In this document: one piece after another, positions 30,472 through 39,841 of the stretch
Layout of the letters: each line of letters starts with the position of its first letter
How positions within the stretch are numbered: the stretch's first letter is position 1
Assembly: GCA_012729355.1 (NCBI GenBank)
Contig: JAAYDG010000052.1
Coordinates: 1 to 49,649, forward strand
DNA length: 49,649 nucleotides
Direction of reading: 5' to 3'
From: Clostridiales bacterium
GTDB taxonomy: Bacteria > Bacillota > Clostridia > Peptostreptococcales > Anaerovoracaceae
Position numbers and translations under genes: made by a program
The notes under the pieces: model-generated
Databases searched by the model: none
Told to the model about the DNA's origin: nothing
Seen by the model: only the letters and a program-made list of their open reading frames with translations

Positions 30472-31833
30472 ATGAAACGCGTGCTGATCAAAGGCGGTCG
30501 AATCATCGACAGCCGTCAACAACTGGATCGAACAGCGAATGTATTGATCGAGGAGGGAAGGATCGCGGCGATTACCGAAGACGTCCCTGCCGCGGATCAG
30601 ATGATCGATGCCCGCGGACTGATCGTGAGCCCCGGATTCGTGGATCTGCACATGCACGAAGATCCTTTCGACGAGAAAAAAGGGGCCCCGGGACAGGATA
30701 TCGCCCGATCCATGGTTCTGATGGGTGTGACGACCTGCATGGGCGGCAACTGCGGAGAGAATTATTTCCCGCCGGACCGCTATCTGGATCATATGGATCA
30801 ACATGGGAACTGTGTCAACATGGGCCTGTTTGTCGGGCACACGTATGTGCGGAACACCTGCGGCGGAAAGGATAAGTATGCGCCGGTGCGCGGTGAAACA
30901 CTGGAGCGAATGGAACAACTAACAGCAGACCTTCTTGCGAAGGGATGCATGGGTGTGTCCTTCGGCGTGAAATACGTTCCCGGGACATCCTGGGAGGAGA
31001 TCATCCGCCTGTCGCGGCTGTGCAGCCCGGACGATCGGCTGGTGACGGCTCATGTGCGCAAAGACGTAAGCGGCGTGTTCGAAGCCGTGGAGGAGATGGC
31101 AAAGATCGCCCGGGAAGCCGGCGTGCGCGTTCAAGTATCCCACGTGGGAAGCATGGGCGGCTACGGACAGATGAAAGCACTCCTGGAAGATCTGGATCGG
31201 TATCGCAGAGAAGGGGTCGACATGTGCTGCGATTGCTACCCCTATGATGCGTTCAGCACCACCATCGGCGCGACGACGTACGATGAGGGCTTCCTGGATG
31301 AATATCGCGCCGGCTACGACAGCGTTCAGCTGGTGGACGGGCGCTATGCGGGCATGCGCTGCACGAAAGAGATCTTTGACTGGGCCCGGGCCAATGAGCC
31401 CTGGGCCAAGACCATCGGCTACTTCATGAAGCCGGAGGATATCGTCCTGGCGCTGAACCACCCCTGCGTGATGCTGGCCAGCGACGGACTCAGGAGCGGT
31501 GCGAAGGGACATCCCCGCGCTGCCGGCGCATTTCCCCGTTTCATCTGCGAATACGTGAAAACAGGCAAAATTTCCCTCACCGAAGCGCTTCGAAAGATGA
31601 CCGACATGCCGGCCGAACGTCTCAAACTGCCGAAAAAAGGCAATTTATGTGTCGGTTCCGATGCAGATATCACCGTGTTCGATTACGATACGCTGCAGGA
31701 TCGCGCCACCTACGAAGATCCTTCATTGCCGCCCGACGGAATCGCATACGTATTGATCAACGGGCAGATCGCAGCGGATCACGGCCGGCTCGTCAACGAT
31801 AAACTCGGACGGGCTGTGCGGTTTGGACAGTAA
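30472..31833 (+). CDS. Amidohydrolase-superfamily N-acyl-D-amino-acid deacylase (D-aminoacylase)-like
   Basis: MKRVLIKGGRIIDS......NVLIEEGRIAAI......IDARGLIVSPGFVDLHMHED, and a C-terminal ...GSDADITVFD...L.D.ATYEDP pattern typical of D-aminoacylases. ATG 30472 after AGGAGGAAA. Confidence 0.78.
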   Translation: MKRVLIKGGRIIDSRQQLDRTANVLIEEGRIAAITEDVPAADQMIDARGLIVSPGFVDLHMHEDPFDEKKGAPGQDIARSMVLMGVTTCMGGNCGENYFPPDRYLDHMDQHGNCVNMGLFVGHTYVRNTCGGKDKYAPVRGETLERMEQLTADLLAKGCMGVSFGVKYVPGTSWEEIIRLSRLCSPDDRLVTAHVRKDVSGVFEAVEEMAKIAREAGVRVQVSHVGSMGGYGQMKALLEDLDRYRREGVDMCCDCYPYDAFSTTIGATTYDEGFLDEYRAGYDSVQLVDGRYAGMRCTKEIFDWARANEPWAKTIGYFMKPEDIVLALNHPCVMLASDGLRSGAKGHPRAAGAFPRFICEYVKTGKISLTEALRKMTDMPAERLKLPKKGNLCVGSDADITVFDYDTLQDRATYEDPSLPPDGIAYVLINGQIAADHGRLVNDKLGRAVRFGQ

Positions 31834-31869
31834 GAAAGTTTTCGGTCCGAACGCTTGGGAGAAACGAAG

Positions 31870-32640
31870 ATGAAACAACGCATACTGAAGCAGATCGCTT
31901 CCATGCCGGGGCACAACGGCATGTATTTTAAAAACCTGATCACGGGAGAAACGATCGAATACCGGTCCGGCGAATCTTTTTGTCCGGCATCGGTGATCAA
32001 ACTCCCCATTTTGATGCACGTTTGCCGATCGGCCCGGGAGTGCCGGGTACGGATGGATGAAACGATCCGCTGCCGGCATGCCGATAAACTGGGCGGCTGC
32101 GGCGCTTTGCGTGCCTTCACCGATGAACCGGAAGTGTCTGTCGCCACGCTCTGCGAGCTGATGATCACCCTCTCGGATAATTCTGCGACGAACCTGCTGA
32201 TCCGGCGGTTCGGGCTGGACGCGCTGAACGAAGCTTTTCGGGAGATGGGCCTTTCCGTTACGAAGCTCAACCGGGTCCTCTTTGACAGCGAAGCGGCCTC
32301 CCGAGGTATCGAAAACGAAATCAGCCCCGCGGAAATGGGGTTCCTCCTGGAGCAGGTGTATCGAAGGGAATTCGTGGACGAAACCACATCGACCTACATC
32401 GAAGACGTTCTGCTGAAGCAGCAGATCAATCATAAGATTCCGGGAATCATCGGCAATGCGGTTCCCATCGCGCACAAGACAGGAGAAGATGAGGGGATCA
32501 CCAACGACGTGGCACTGGTCTATGCGCCTCAGCCGTTTCTACTCTGCTTCGTCGGGAACGAAACCGATGTACCGGCGTTCGAAACGTTCATGCGAAACAC
32601 CGCATATGAACTGTTCCTGTCCTGCGGAGGACGCTCATGA
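31870..32640 (+). CDS. Class A beta-lactamase-like serine hydrolase, no signal peptide
   Basis: SxxK (PASVIKLPI), SDN (TLSDNSATNLL) and KTG (AHKTGE) boxes. The N-terminus MKQRILKQIASMPGHNG lacks a hydrophobic leader, and I could not see an Omega-loop ExxLN motif. Confidence 0.72.
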   Translation: MKQRILKQIASMPGHNGMYFKNLITGETIEYRSGESFCPASVIKLPILMHVCRSARECRVRMDETIRCRHADKLGGCGALRAFTDEPEVSVATLCELMITLSDNSATNLLIRRFGLDALNEAFREMGLSVTKLNRVLFDSEAASRGIENEISPAEMGFLLEQVYRREFVDETTSTYIEDVLLKQQINHKIPGIIGNAVPIAHKTGEDEGITNDVALVYAPQPFLLCFVGNETDVPAFETFMRNTAYELFLSCGGRS

Positions 32641-33419
32641 TCACGTCTCCGGGCCGGGTGGCTTTTACGGTATTCGGCCTGGACGTGATGTGGTACGGCA
32701 TCATGATCGCTTCGGGCATGCTGGCGGCAGTGGGTCTTGCCTACTATCGGGCGCCCGGCGCGGGATTGGAGCAGGACCGTATCGTCGATATCGCCCTCTA
32801 CTGCATTCCCGCCGGCGCACTGGGTGCCAGGATCTATTACGTCATCTTCGAGTGGAGTTATTATATGGCGCATCCGGACAAGATCCTGAACTTTCGATCC
32901 GGAGGACTGGCGATCCACGGCGGACTGATCTTCGGGATCGCTCTGGGCATATACCTGAGCCGACGCTGGAAGCTGAACATCCCCCGATACATCGATCTGG
33001 TCGCTCCTTCCGTGGCCCTGGGACAAGCCATCGGCCGCTGGGGAAACTTTTTCAACAGCGAAGCCCACGGAAGGCCTACGGACCTTCCTTGGGCGGTCAT
33101 CGTGAACGATGTCCCGGTGCACCCCACATTTCTGTACGAATCCGTCTGGTGCTTGTTGCTCTGCATCTTCTTGGTGCTGTATGACAGGAGCGGCCGCAAA
33201 AAATTCGACGGACAGATTTTTCTCATGTATGCCGGGCTCTATTCCGCAGAGCGATTTTTTGTGGAAGGACTGCGCACGGACAGCTTGATGCTGGGCCCCT
33301 TTCGCCAGGCCCAGGTGCTTAGCGCCGCAGTGATGATGCTCTGCCTGATCGTCTACGGGATCCGGATTCGCAAAACGGCACCGTCGGATCGAGAGCAGGA
33401 AAAGGAGAACGAGAATTGA
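32637..33419 (+). CDS. lgt: Prolipoprotein diacylglyceryl transferase
   Basis: ...WYGIMIASGML..., GGLAIHGGLIFG, GRWGNFFNSEAHG, HPTFLYES. ATGA overlap with the upstream gene. Confidence 0.9.
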   Translation: MITSPGRVAFTVFGLDVMWYGIMIASGMLAAVGLAYYRAPGAGLEQDRIVDIALYCIPAGALGARIYYVIFEWSYYMAHPDKILNFRSGGLAIHGGLIFGIALGIYLSRRWKLNIPRYIDLVAPSVALGQAIGRWGNFFNSEAHGRPTDLPWAVIVNDVPVHPTFLYESVWCLLLCIFLVLYDRSGRKKFDGQIFLMYAGLYSAERFFVEGLRTDSLMLGPFRQAQVLSAAVMMLCLIVYGIRIRKTAPSDREQEKENEN

Positions 33420-34510
33420 AACTGGGAATCATAGGGCTGCCCAACGTGGGCAAGAGCACGCTGTTCAATGCCATTACAAAGGCAGGGGCAGAAGCGGCCA
33501 ATTATCCCTTTTGCACGATCGAACCCAATGTGGGTGTCGTGACGGTGCCGGACGAGCGGATCAAAGTGCTGCACGAGATGTACCACGCCAAGCGAGCGGT
33601 CTATACGACCATCGAGTTCTACGATATCGCAGGGTTGGTCAAAGGGGCCTCCCGGGGAGAAGGACTGGGCAACAAGTTTTTGGGGCACATCCGGGAAGTG
33701 GCCGCCATCGTGCACGTGGTCCGCTGTTTCGAGGATCCCGGCGTTGTTCACGTAGAGGGAAAGATCGATCCGCTGTCGGACATCGACGTGATCAATACGG
33801 AACTGATCCTGTCGGACCTGGAAGTATTGGAACGCAGCATCCAGCGGATCCGGAAGAGTGCCAAAGGAGATAGAGCCCTCGCCGGAGAGCTGGACCTGCT
33901 TCTGCGTGTGCAGAATGTCCTCGAAGAAGGAAAGACGGCTCGGACCATGGATCTGTCCGAGGGAGAAGAGGAGATCGTAAAAGGACTGAACCTGCTGTCC
34001 GGAAAGCCGGTCATCTATGCGGCCAACGTGGCCGAAAGCCAGGTTGCACTGGGGGATGACAATCCCTATGTTCGACAGGTGGCGGATTATGCCGCAGAAG
34101 AAGGTTCGGAGGTCGTGGTGATCTCCGCGAAAGTGGAGTCGGAGATCGCAGAACTGGAAGAAGAGGAAAAGCAGATGTTCCTGGAAGAACTGGGGATCTG
34201 CCAGTCCGGCCTGGACCAGTTGATCAAAGCCTCCTACAGACTTCTGGATCTCATTTCCTTTTTGACGGCAGGCGAACCGGAAGTGCGGGCCTGGACGGTA
34301 CGGCGGGGAACCAAAGCGCCCCAGGCAGCCGGGAAGATCCATTCAGACTTCGAAAAAGGCTTTATCCGGGTGGAAACGATCGCCTACGACAAACTCATGG
34401 AAAGCGGTGGGAATATCGCCGCGGCGAAGGAAAAAGGGCTGGTTCGGAGCGAAGGAAAGGAGTATGTCGTCAAAGACGGAGACGTCATGCACTTTCTGTT
34501 CAATGTGTAA
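33416..34510 (+). CDS. ychF: Redox-regulated ATPase YchF (Obg-family GTPase fold)
   Basis: [46 protein letters not shown], and C-terminal TGS ...[15 protein letters not shown] start overlaps the lgt stop. Confidence 0.95.
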   Translation: MKLGIIGLPNVGKSTLFNAITKAGAEAANYPFCTIEPNVGVVTVPDERIKVLHEMYHAKRAVYTTIEFYDIAGLVKGASRGEGLGNKFLGHIREVAAIVHVVRCFEDPGVVHVEGKIDPLSDIDVINTELILSDLEVLERSIQRIRKSAKGDRALAGELDLLLRVQNVLEEGKTARTMDLSEGEEEIVKGLNLLSGKPVIYAANVAESQVALGDDNPYVRQVADYAAEEGSEVVVISAKVESEIAELEEEEKQMFLEELGICQSGLDQLIKASYRLLDLISFLTAGEPEVRAWTVRRGTKAPQAAGKIHSDFEKGFIRVETIAYDKLMESGGNIAAAKEKGLVRSEGKEYVVKDGDVMHFLFNV

Positions 34511-34565
34511 GAGAGCGGTTGCACCGCTCGCCGTGAGAGAGGGATAGCCAAACTCATGATCCTAA

Positions 34566-34574
34566 TGGTATAAT
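34566..34574 (+). promoter_or_regulatory. Extended -10 promoter element TGgTATAAT
   Basis: tggtataat read directly, 22 nt upstream of the 34596 ATG. No good -35 seen. Confidence 0.4.
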
Positions 34575-34595
34575 AAAACATCCGGAGAATGAATC

Positions 34596-35162
34596 ATGAA
34601 GAAAAACTACGAGCAAGTATTCAAGCGGAATCCGGAAAACGGGAAGATCCTGATTGAAGTCTCCCTGAACGACTATCTGGAATTTTTCCACGAATGGGAC
34701 AACGCGGTGTTCAAAAAACGGGATATGCATCCCGAGCTGGCTGCCTTTCTCGAGGAATGCTCTCAGGATATTCCCCTGAAAGAAGAATTGGAGATCCAGT
34801 TCTATCTGGAGACAGGAGCGCCGGATCCCCGGCAGGAAGAAACAATCAGAACCAGTTATCGAAATTTTTATAATGCGCTGATTTTCTGGGAAAAGAAAGA
34901 AGTCAAGCGCATCGTCGCAGGCTCCGGAATCCTGCTGCTCATTGCCCTTACGTTGTTGCTTTTGTACACCGTCCTGAGCGGGAAAGAAACCGACACCGTC
35001 GTATCTTCCGTTCTGATGGAAAGTCTGCTCATCGGAGGATGGGTGCTCACCTGGGAAGCCTTTCACGGAATCGCCATCGACATCATTCAACCGTTCAAAC
35101 GCCGCAAGGCGATGAGGCGATTCCTTCACGCTGCCGTCAGTTTCCGTTACGCGGACCGGTAG
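34596..35162 (+). CDS. Hypothetical membrane protein (soluble N-terminal ~95 aa plus two predicted TM helices)
   Basis: GGAGAA RBS and protein-like composition (MKKNYEQVFKRNPENGKILIEVSLNDYLEFFHEWDNAVFKKRD...). TM candidates are IVAGSGILLLIALTLLLLYTVL and LLIGGWVLTWEAFHGIAI. I recognise no family. The antisense ORF 34554-35531 is judged a shadow. Confidence 0.6.
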   Translation: MKKNYEQVFKRNPENGKILIEVSLNDYLEFFHEWDNAVFKKRDMHPELAAFLEECSQDIPLKEELEIQFYLETGAPDPRQEETIRTSYRNFYNALIFWEKKEVKRIVAGSGILLLIALTLLLLYTVLSGKETDTVVSSVLMESLLIGGWVLTWEAFHGIAIDIIQPFKRRKAMRRFLHAAVSFRYADR

Positions 35163-35252
35163 CTCGTTTCGATCTGTTTCGATCAGAGAAGCGCATGCGT
35201 CAAAAGTGAAAAACACGAGACATTCTGTTTTTTCGTTCCATAAAGGATGACC

Positions 35253-36227
35253 ATGGATACTTGTGTGCTGGACGTCAAAAATTTGTATACCGTTTTTTAC
35301 AGCGGCAAGAAGGAGATCCCCGCAGTGGAGGATCTGAGTTTTTCTGTGAAAAAAGGAGAGACACTGGGGATCGTGGGCGAATCCGGATCCGGGAAAAGCG
35401 TGACGGCGCTGTCGATCATGAATTTGATCCCCGATCCGCCGGGTAAAATCGCAAGGGGGGAAATCCTTCTGAACGGAACCGACCTCTTGGCCCTGAGCCG
35501 GGAAAAGATGAGAGTGCTTCGCGGGAATCAACTCTCCATGATCTTTCAGGAGCCCATGACGTCGCTGAACCCTGTGTACACCATCGGAAATCAGTTGATG
35601 GAGTCCTTGATTTTACACAAAAACTTTTCTTTCAAAGAGGCAGCTGCCCGTTCGGTGGAGATGCTGAAGAGTGTCAGAGTGCCGCTGCCCGAAAAAAGAA
35701 TGAAACAGTATCCGCATCAGCTGAGCGGCGGCATGCGCCAACGGGTGATGATCGCCATGGCCCTCTCCTGCGAGCCGGACCTGCTGATCGCCGATGAACC
35801 CACGACCGCTCTGGACGTAACGATCCAGGCCCAGATTCTGAGCCTCATCAAAGAATTGAAAGAAAAAATGGGAACGTCCGTACTGCTCATCACCCACAAC
35901 ATGGGCGTTGTGGCAGAGGTGGCGGATCAAGTGATGGTCATGTACTGCGGAAGAGATGTGGAATATGCCGATGTGCGGACGATATTCAAATCCCCGAAGC
36001 ACCCTTATACTGCCGGGCTGATCGAATCGATTCCGGCCATCAGAGGAACGCGCAAGAGGTTGCATGCGATCAAAGGATCGATCCCGATGCCCGGCGAGAT
36101 CACGACAGGCTGCAGATTTCAGACACGCTGCGACGAAGCATTTGAAAAGTGTTTCAACCGAGAGCCGCCCATGTTTCAGTCGGGAGATACCAAAGTGCGC
36201 TGCTGGAAATATGAATCGCAAGGATGA
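35253..36227 (+). CDS. Opp/Dpp-type peptide ABC transporter ATP-binding protein (OppD-like)
   Basis: [11 protein letters not shown] Walker [25 protein letters not shown], and C-terminal oligopeptide-type extension with C..RC. ATG 35253 or 35247; 35253 has the better AAGGA spacing. Confidence 0.88.
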   Translation: MDTCVLDVKNLYTVFYSGKKEIPAVEDLSFSVKKGETLGIVGESGSGKSVTALSIMNLIPDPPGKIARGEILLNGTDLLALSREKMRVLRGNQLSMIFQEPMTSLNPVYTIGNQLMESLILHKNFSFKEAAARSVEMLKSVRVPLPEKRMKQYPHQLSGGMRQRVMIAMALSCEPDLLIADEPTTALDVTIQAQILSLIKELKEKMGTSVLLITHNMGVVAEVADQVMVMYCGRDVEYADVRTIFKSPKHPYTAGLIESIPAIRGTRKRLHAIKGSIPMPGEITTGCRFQTRCDEAFEKCFNREPPMFQSGDTKVRCWKYESQG

Positions 36228-36231
36228 TCGC

Positions 36232-37206
36232 ATGAAGGATATGATTCTGAAGGTCCGCAATTTAAAAGTGCACTTTCCCGTCAAGGGAGAGATTCTTCCC
36301 CGGGTCGTCGGCCACGTAAAGGCTGTGGACGACGTGAGTTTTCGCATCGGTTACGGCGAGACCCTGGGTCTTGTGGGAGAAAGCGGTTGCGGGAAAACCA
36401 CTACGGGCAGAGCGATGATCCGCCTGATCAAAGCGCAAGCCGGACAGGTTCTGTTTGAAGGAAAGGATATCCTTCAACTCGGCAAACAGGATCTGAATGC
36501 AGTCCGCAAAAATATTCAGATGATCTTTCAGGATCCCTTTGCCGCGTTGAACCCGAGAATGAGTATCGGAGATGCCATCGAGGAGGTGCTGTATATACAC
36601 AACTACGGATCGAAGCAGGCGAGACGGAAACGCGCGGCCGAACTGATCGAAACCGTCGAACTGAACAGGGCGTACCTTTCCCGGTATCCCCACGAGCTCA
36701 GCGGCGGACAACGGCAGCGGATCGTCCTGGCCAGAGCGTTGGCGGTGGATCCGAAGCTGATCATCTGCGACGAGCCGGTCTCCGCGCTGGATGTGTCGAT
36801 TCAGGCGCAGACGGTAAATCTTCTGGAGGATCTCCAGAAGCATTTCAACATTGCCTATCTGTTTATTTCGCACGACCTGAGTGTCGTGAAGCATCTCAGC
36901 AAAAGGATCGCTGTGATGTATCTGGGTAAAATCGTTGAAACAGCAGACAGCGAAGAATTGTTCGCCCATCCGTCTCATCCCTATACCAGAGCACTTCTGG
37001 ACTCCGTGCCCAGCATCGATCCCGATATGAAAAAAGAGCGGGTCCTGCTGGAAGGGGACATGCCCAGCATGACGGAGCAGGGTCAAGGCTGCAGGTTCCA
37101 CAGCCGGTGCCCCAACGTCATGGAACGCTGTTATCACGAAGAACCCCAAACGATCGATGTAGGAGGTGGTCATGCAGTAGATTGTCATTTGTATGCTGTT
37201 GAATAG
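36232..37206 (+). CDS. Opp/Dpp-type peptide ABC transporter ATP-binding protein (OppF-like)
   Basis: GESGCGKTTTG, LSGGQRQRIVLA, LIICDEPVSALD, HPYTRALL. ATG 36232, 5 nt after the OppD-like stop. Confidence 0.88.
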   Translation: MKDMILKVRNLKVHFPVKGEILPRVVGHVKAVDDVSFRIGYGETLGLVGESGCGKTTTGRAMIRLIKAQAGQVLFEGKDILQLGKQDLNAVRKNIQMIFQDPFAALNPRMSIGDAIEEVLYIHNYGSKQARRKRAAELIETVELNRAYLSRYPHELSGGQRQRIVLARALAVDPKLIICDEPVSALDVSIQAQTVNLLEDLQKHFNIAYLFISHDLSVVKHLSKRIAVMYLGKIVETADSEELFAHPSHPYTRALLDSVPSIDPDMKKERVLLEGDMPSMTEQGQGCRFHSRCPNVMERCYHEEPQTIDVGGGHAVDCHLYAVE

Positions 37207-37221
37207 TTGGAGGAAAAGAAC

Positions 37222-38796
37222 ATGAGAAAAACGATTTTCAGAAAGAAGGCGGTTCTATTACTGGCATTATTCGCTGTTTCATCGATTTTGGCTGCTTGCT
37301 CTCCGGGAACAACGGAACCTGCAGACACACAGGAGAAAGTTCTGGTCGTGGGCTTTGAGCGAGATGCCGAAACCCTGAACCACATCAAGACGGGCTGGTA
37401 CTCCGATGCGCTGGTCTATCTTTACGACAGACTGATATCAAGAGATTATGATTTCAATTATGAGCCGGGACTGGCCGAGTCCTGGGAAACCTCGGAAGAC
37501 GGCCTCGTATGGACGTTTCATCTGCGCAAGGATGTCACGTTCCACAACGGCAATCCGCTGACAGCCAACGATGTCAAGTGGACGCTGGACACCATCCTCG
37601 ATCCGGAAACGGCCTCTCCGGCCCAGAGCGACTTTGCCGCCATTGCCGGAGTGGACGTGATCGATGACCACACGGTGGACATCATCCTGAAAACACCGTT
37701 CCCCAACCTGCTGTTCGTGCTTTCCAACACAGCGGCGGGAATCATCAATCAGGAGGCTTATGAGCAGTACGGAGACGAATACGGTGTGAAGTACGTGATC
37801 GGGACCGGGCCGTATATGTTCGAGGAATGGAGACAGGGCGACGAGATCGTTCTGACGAAAAATCCCGAATACGATTGGGGCCCCGCATGGATGGCCAACA
37901 CAGGGCCGTCAAAAATCGACAAAATCATTCTGAAGACCATTCCTGACGAAAATTCGAGACTCATGGAATTGCTTGCGGGCAATGTCCATATATTGAGAGA
38001 CGTTCCTGCGACCTTCGTGGACAAAGTGGCCGACGAGCCCGATGTGACGATTCATCGCGGAGATGCGACAAAACTGGGATATCTGGCCTATGCGACGGAC
38101 AAAGCGCCGTTTAACGACCTCCGGGTCCGCCAGGCAATCAATCATGCGATCAACAAAGAGGAAATCATCACCTATGTATTTCGGGGAATCGGAACGCCTG
38201 CCCACGGATATCTCCCGCCGGCACTGAAGAGCGAATACTATGCCGACAGCGAAAAAGACGGATATGCATACGATGTGGAAAGAGCAAAAGCGTTGCTGGC
38301 GGAAGCCGGATACGCCGATGGCCTGAACGTCAAGCTTGCGGCGGAAAATTCCACGGAATACAGCAGACTGGCGGAAGTTCTGCAGAGTCAACTGAAAGCC
38401 GTGGGAATCAATGCGGATCTTCAACTGTACGACAGCTCCAGTTATACGGCGATGCTCAAGACCGGAGAACAGGAGCTCTTCCTGCGGCTGTACAGCTGGC
38501 CGAACGCCGACATTCTGGACTGGTTCCTGCTGTCCAGCCAACTGCCCTATCCGAACCATTCCCGGTGGAACGACTCCAGGACGGATGATCTGATCCATGC
38601 CGCGGCGTCATCTCCCACGTGGGAAGCGAGAGCCCTGGGTTATCATGAAGTCCAAAAACATCTGATTTCACAGGCTGTCTGGGCACCCATTTATATCCCG
38701 GAGAAACTGATGGCTGTCCGGAACGAAGTCAAAAATCTCCAATACCACCCCTGGCTGCCCCAGTACAACGACGGCACCGATCTAATCACAGAATAA
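37222..38796 (+). CDS. Family-5 peptide/nickel ABC substrate-binding lipoprotein (OppA/DppA-like)
   Basis: MRKTIFRKKAVLLLALFAVSSILAAC lipobox, then ...W.FHLRKDVTFHNGNPLTANDVK.T. ATG 37222 after GGAGGAAAAG. Confidence 0.88.
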   Translation: MRKTIFRKKAVLLLALFAVSSILAACSPGTTEPADTQEKVLVVGFERDAETLNHIKTGWYSDALVYLYDRLISRDYDFNYEPGLAESWETSEDGLVWTFHLRKDVTFHNGNPLTANDVKWTLDTILDPETASPAQSDFAAIAGVDVIDDHTVDIILKTPFPNLLFVLSNTAAGIINQEAYEQYGDEYGVKYVIGTGPYMFEEWRQGDEIVLTKNPEYDWGPAWMANTGPSKIDKIILKTIPDENSRLMELLAGNVHILRDVPATFVDKVADEPDVTIHRGDATKLGYLAYATDKAPFNDLRVRQAINHAINKEEIITYVFRGIGTPAHGYLPPALKSEYYADSEKDGYAYDVERAKALLAEAGYADGLNVKLAAENSTEYSRLAEVLQSQLKAVGINADLQLYDSSSYTAMLKTGEQELFLRLYSWPNADILDWFLLSSQLPYPNHSRWNDSRTDDLIHAAASSPTWEARALGYHEVQKHLISQAVWAPIYIPEKLMAVRNEVKNLQYHPWLPQYNDGTDLITE

Positions 38797-38808
38797 ACTG
38801 TTCTTTGC

Positions 38809-38841
38809 GCGGGGTTTTCCCGAACGGAGGGAGAACCCCGC
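38809..38841 (+). other. Intra-operon GC hairpin after the binding-protein gene
   Basis: gcggggtt (38809-16) pairs with aaccccgc (38834-41). No U tract follows, so it is more likely an mRNA-stabilising or partial-attenuation element than a full terminator. Confidence 0.4.
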
Positions 38842-38895
38842 ATTCCGTGATGCTGAAATACCACAGTAAAGTACTTGCTGAACGAGGAGCGCATC

Positions 38896-39813
38896 GTGCT
38901 GAAATACACCGTTAAAAAGTTGATCATGATGATCCCTGTCCTGTTTGGCCTGACCGTGATCATATTCATGATCCTGCATCTGGCACCGGGCAGTCCCGTA
39001 GACCTCATCGTCGGACCGAACGCTACGCCGGAAGTCTATGAAAACGTGACGAAGAGCCTGGGGCTGGATCGCCCGCTGATCACGCAATACTTTGTGTTTG
39101 TCAGGAATTTGCTGAAAGGCGATTTGGGTACGTCCATCCTGCAGCAGCGGCCGGTAGCCGAAATGATTCTGCAGCGACTTCCCGTTACGCTGGAAGTAGG
39201 GGTGTGGGCGCTGATCACCTCCTTTGCGCTGGCCATTCCCATCGGTATCGTCGCAGCCGTTCACAGGAACTCAAAGCTGGACTATGCAGCGATGTCCTTT
39301 GCGCTGGTGGGCATTTCCATGCCCACGTTCTGGTTCGGTCTGATCCTGCTGTACCTCTTTGCATTCAGACTGGGATGGTTTCCGGTGTCCGGATACGGGA
39401 CCTGGCAGCATCTCGTGCTTCCCGTCATTGCCGCCGGTCTCACCGACGCAGCCGTCACGGCGCGGATGGTCCGTTCGAGCATGCTGGAAGTGGTCGGACA
39501 GGATTACATCCGGACGGCCCGGTCGAAAGGACTCAAAGAAAACACCGTGATCAGCAAGCACGCACTGAAAAATGCGCTGATCCCGGTCATCACGCTGTTA
39601 GGCATGCGCATCGGATGGATCATAGGAGGCTCCGTTACGCTGGAAATCGTCTTTAACCGGCCGGGGATCGGCCGGCTGATGGTCGATGCCATTTTTGCGA
39701 GAGACTATCCCGTGGTACAGGGCGCCATGCTGGTCCTGACGGCATTCATCCTGCTGGGCAATCTGCTGGCGGACATCCTGTACGCGGTAGCCGACCCCAG
39801 GATCAAGTATTAG
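38896..39813 (+). CDS. Opp/Dpp-type ABC permease (OppB/DppB-like)
   Basis: VLKYTVKKLIMMIPVLFGLTVIIFMILHLAPGSPVD is the canonical N-terminus. GTG 38896 after GAGGAG is preferred to TTG 38875. Confidence 0.88.
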   Translation: MLKYTVKKLIMMIPVLFGLTVIIFMILHLAPGSPVDLIVGPNATPEVYENVTKSLGLDRPLITQYFVFVRNLLKGDLGTSILQQRPVAEMILQRLPVTLEVGVWALITSFALAIPIGIVAAVHRNSKLDYAAMSFALVGISMPTFWFGLILLYLFAFRLGWFPVSGYGTWQHLVLPVIAAGLTDAAVTARMVRSSMLEVVGQDYIRTARSKGLKENTVISKHALKNALIPVITLLGMRIGWIIGGSVTLEIVFNRPGIGRLMVDAIFARDYPVVQGAMLVLTAFILLGNLLADILYAVADPRIKY

Positions 39814-39841
39814 AAACGACAGAGAGTGAGAGGTATTCCCA

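Noticed and set aside
34513-34529. Hairpin gagcgg-ttgca-ccgctc after ychF as a terminator
   Set aside because: It has a 6-bp stem with no following U tract. It may be a weak pause or processing site but does not meet intrinsic-terminator criteria.
35166-35184. Tandem direct repeat gtttcgatc-t-gtttcgatc after the hypothetical gene
   Set aside because: There are only two 9-nt copies in an intergenic spacer, with no flanking structure or recognisable binding-site family. That is too little to call a feature.
33353-35531. Minus-strand ORFs 33353-34342 and 34554-35531
   Set aside because: They are antisense to ychF and to the hypothetical and OppD-like genes, with no motifs. The + strand genes have RBSs and family signatures.
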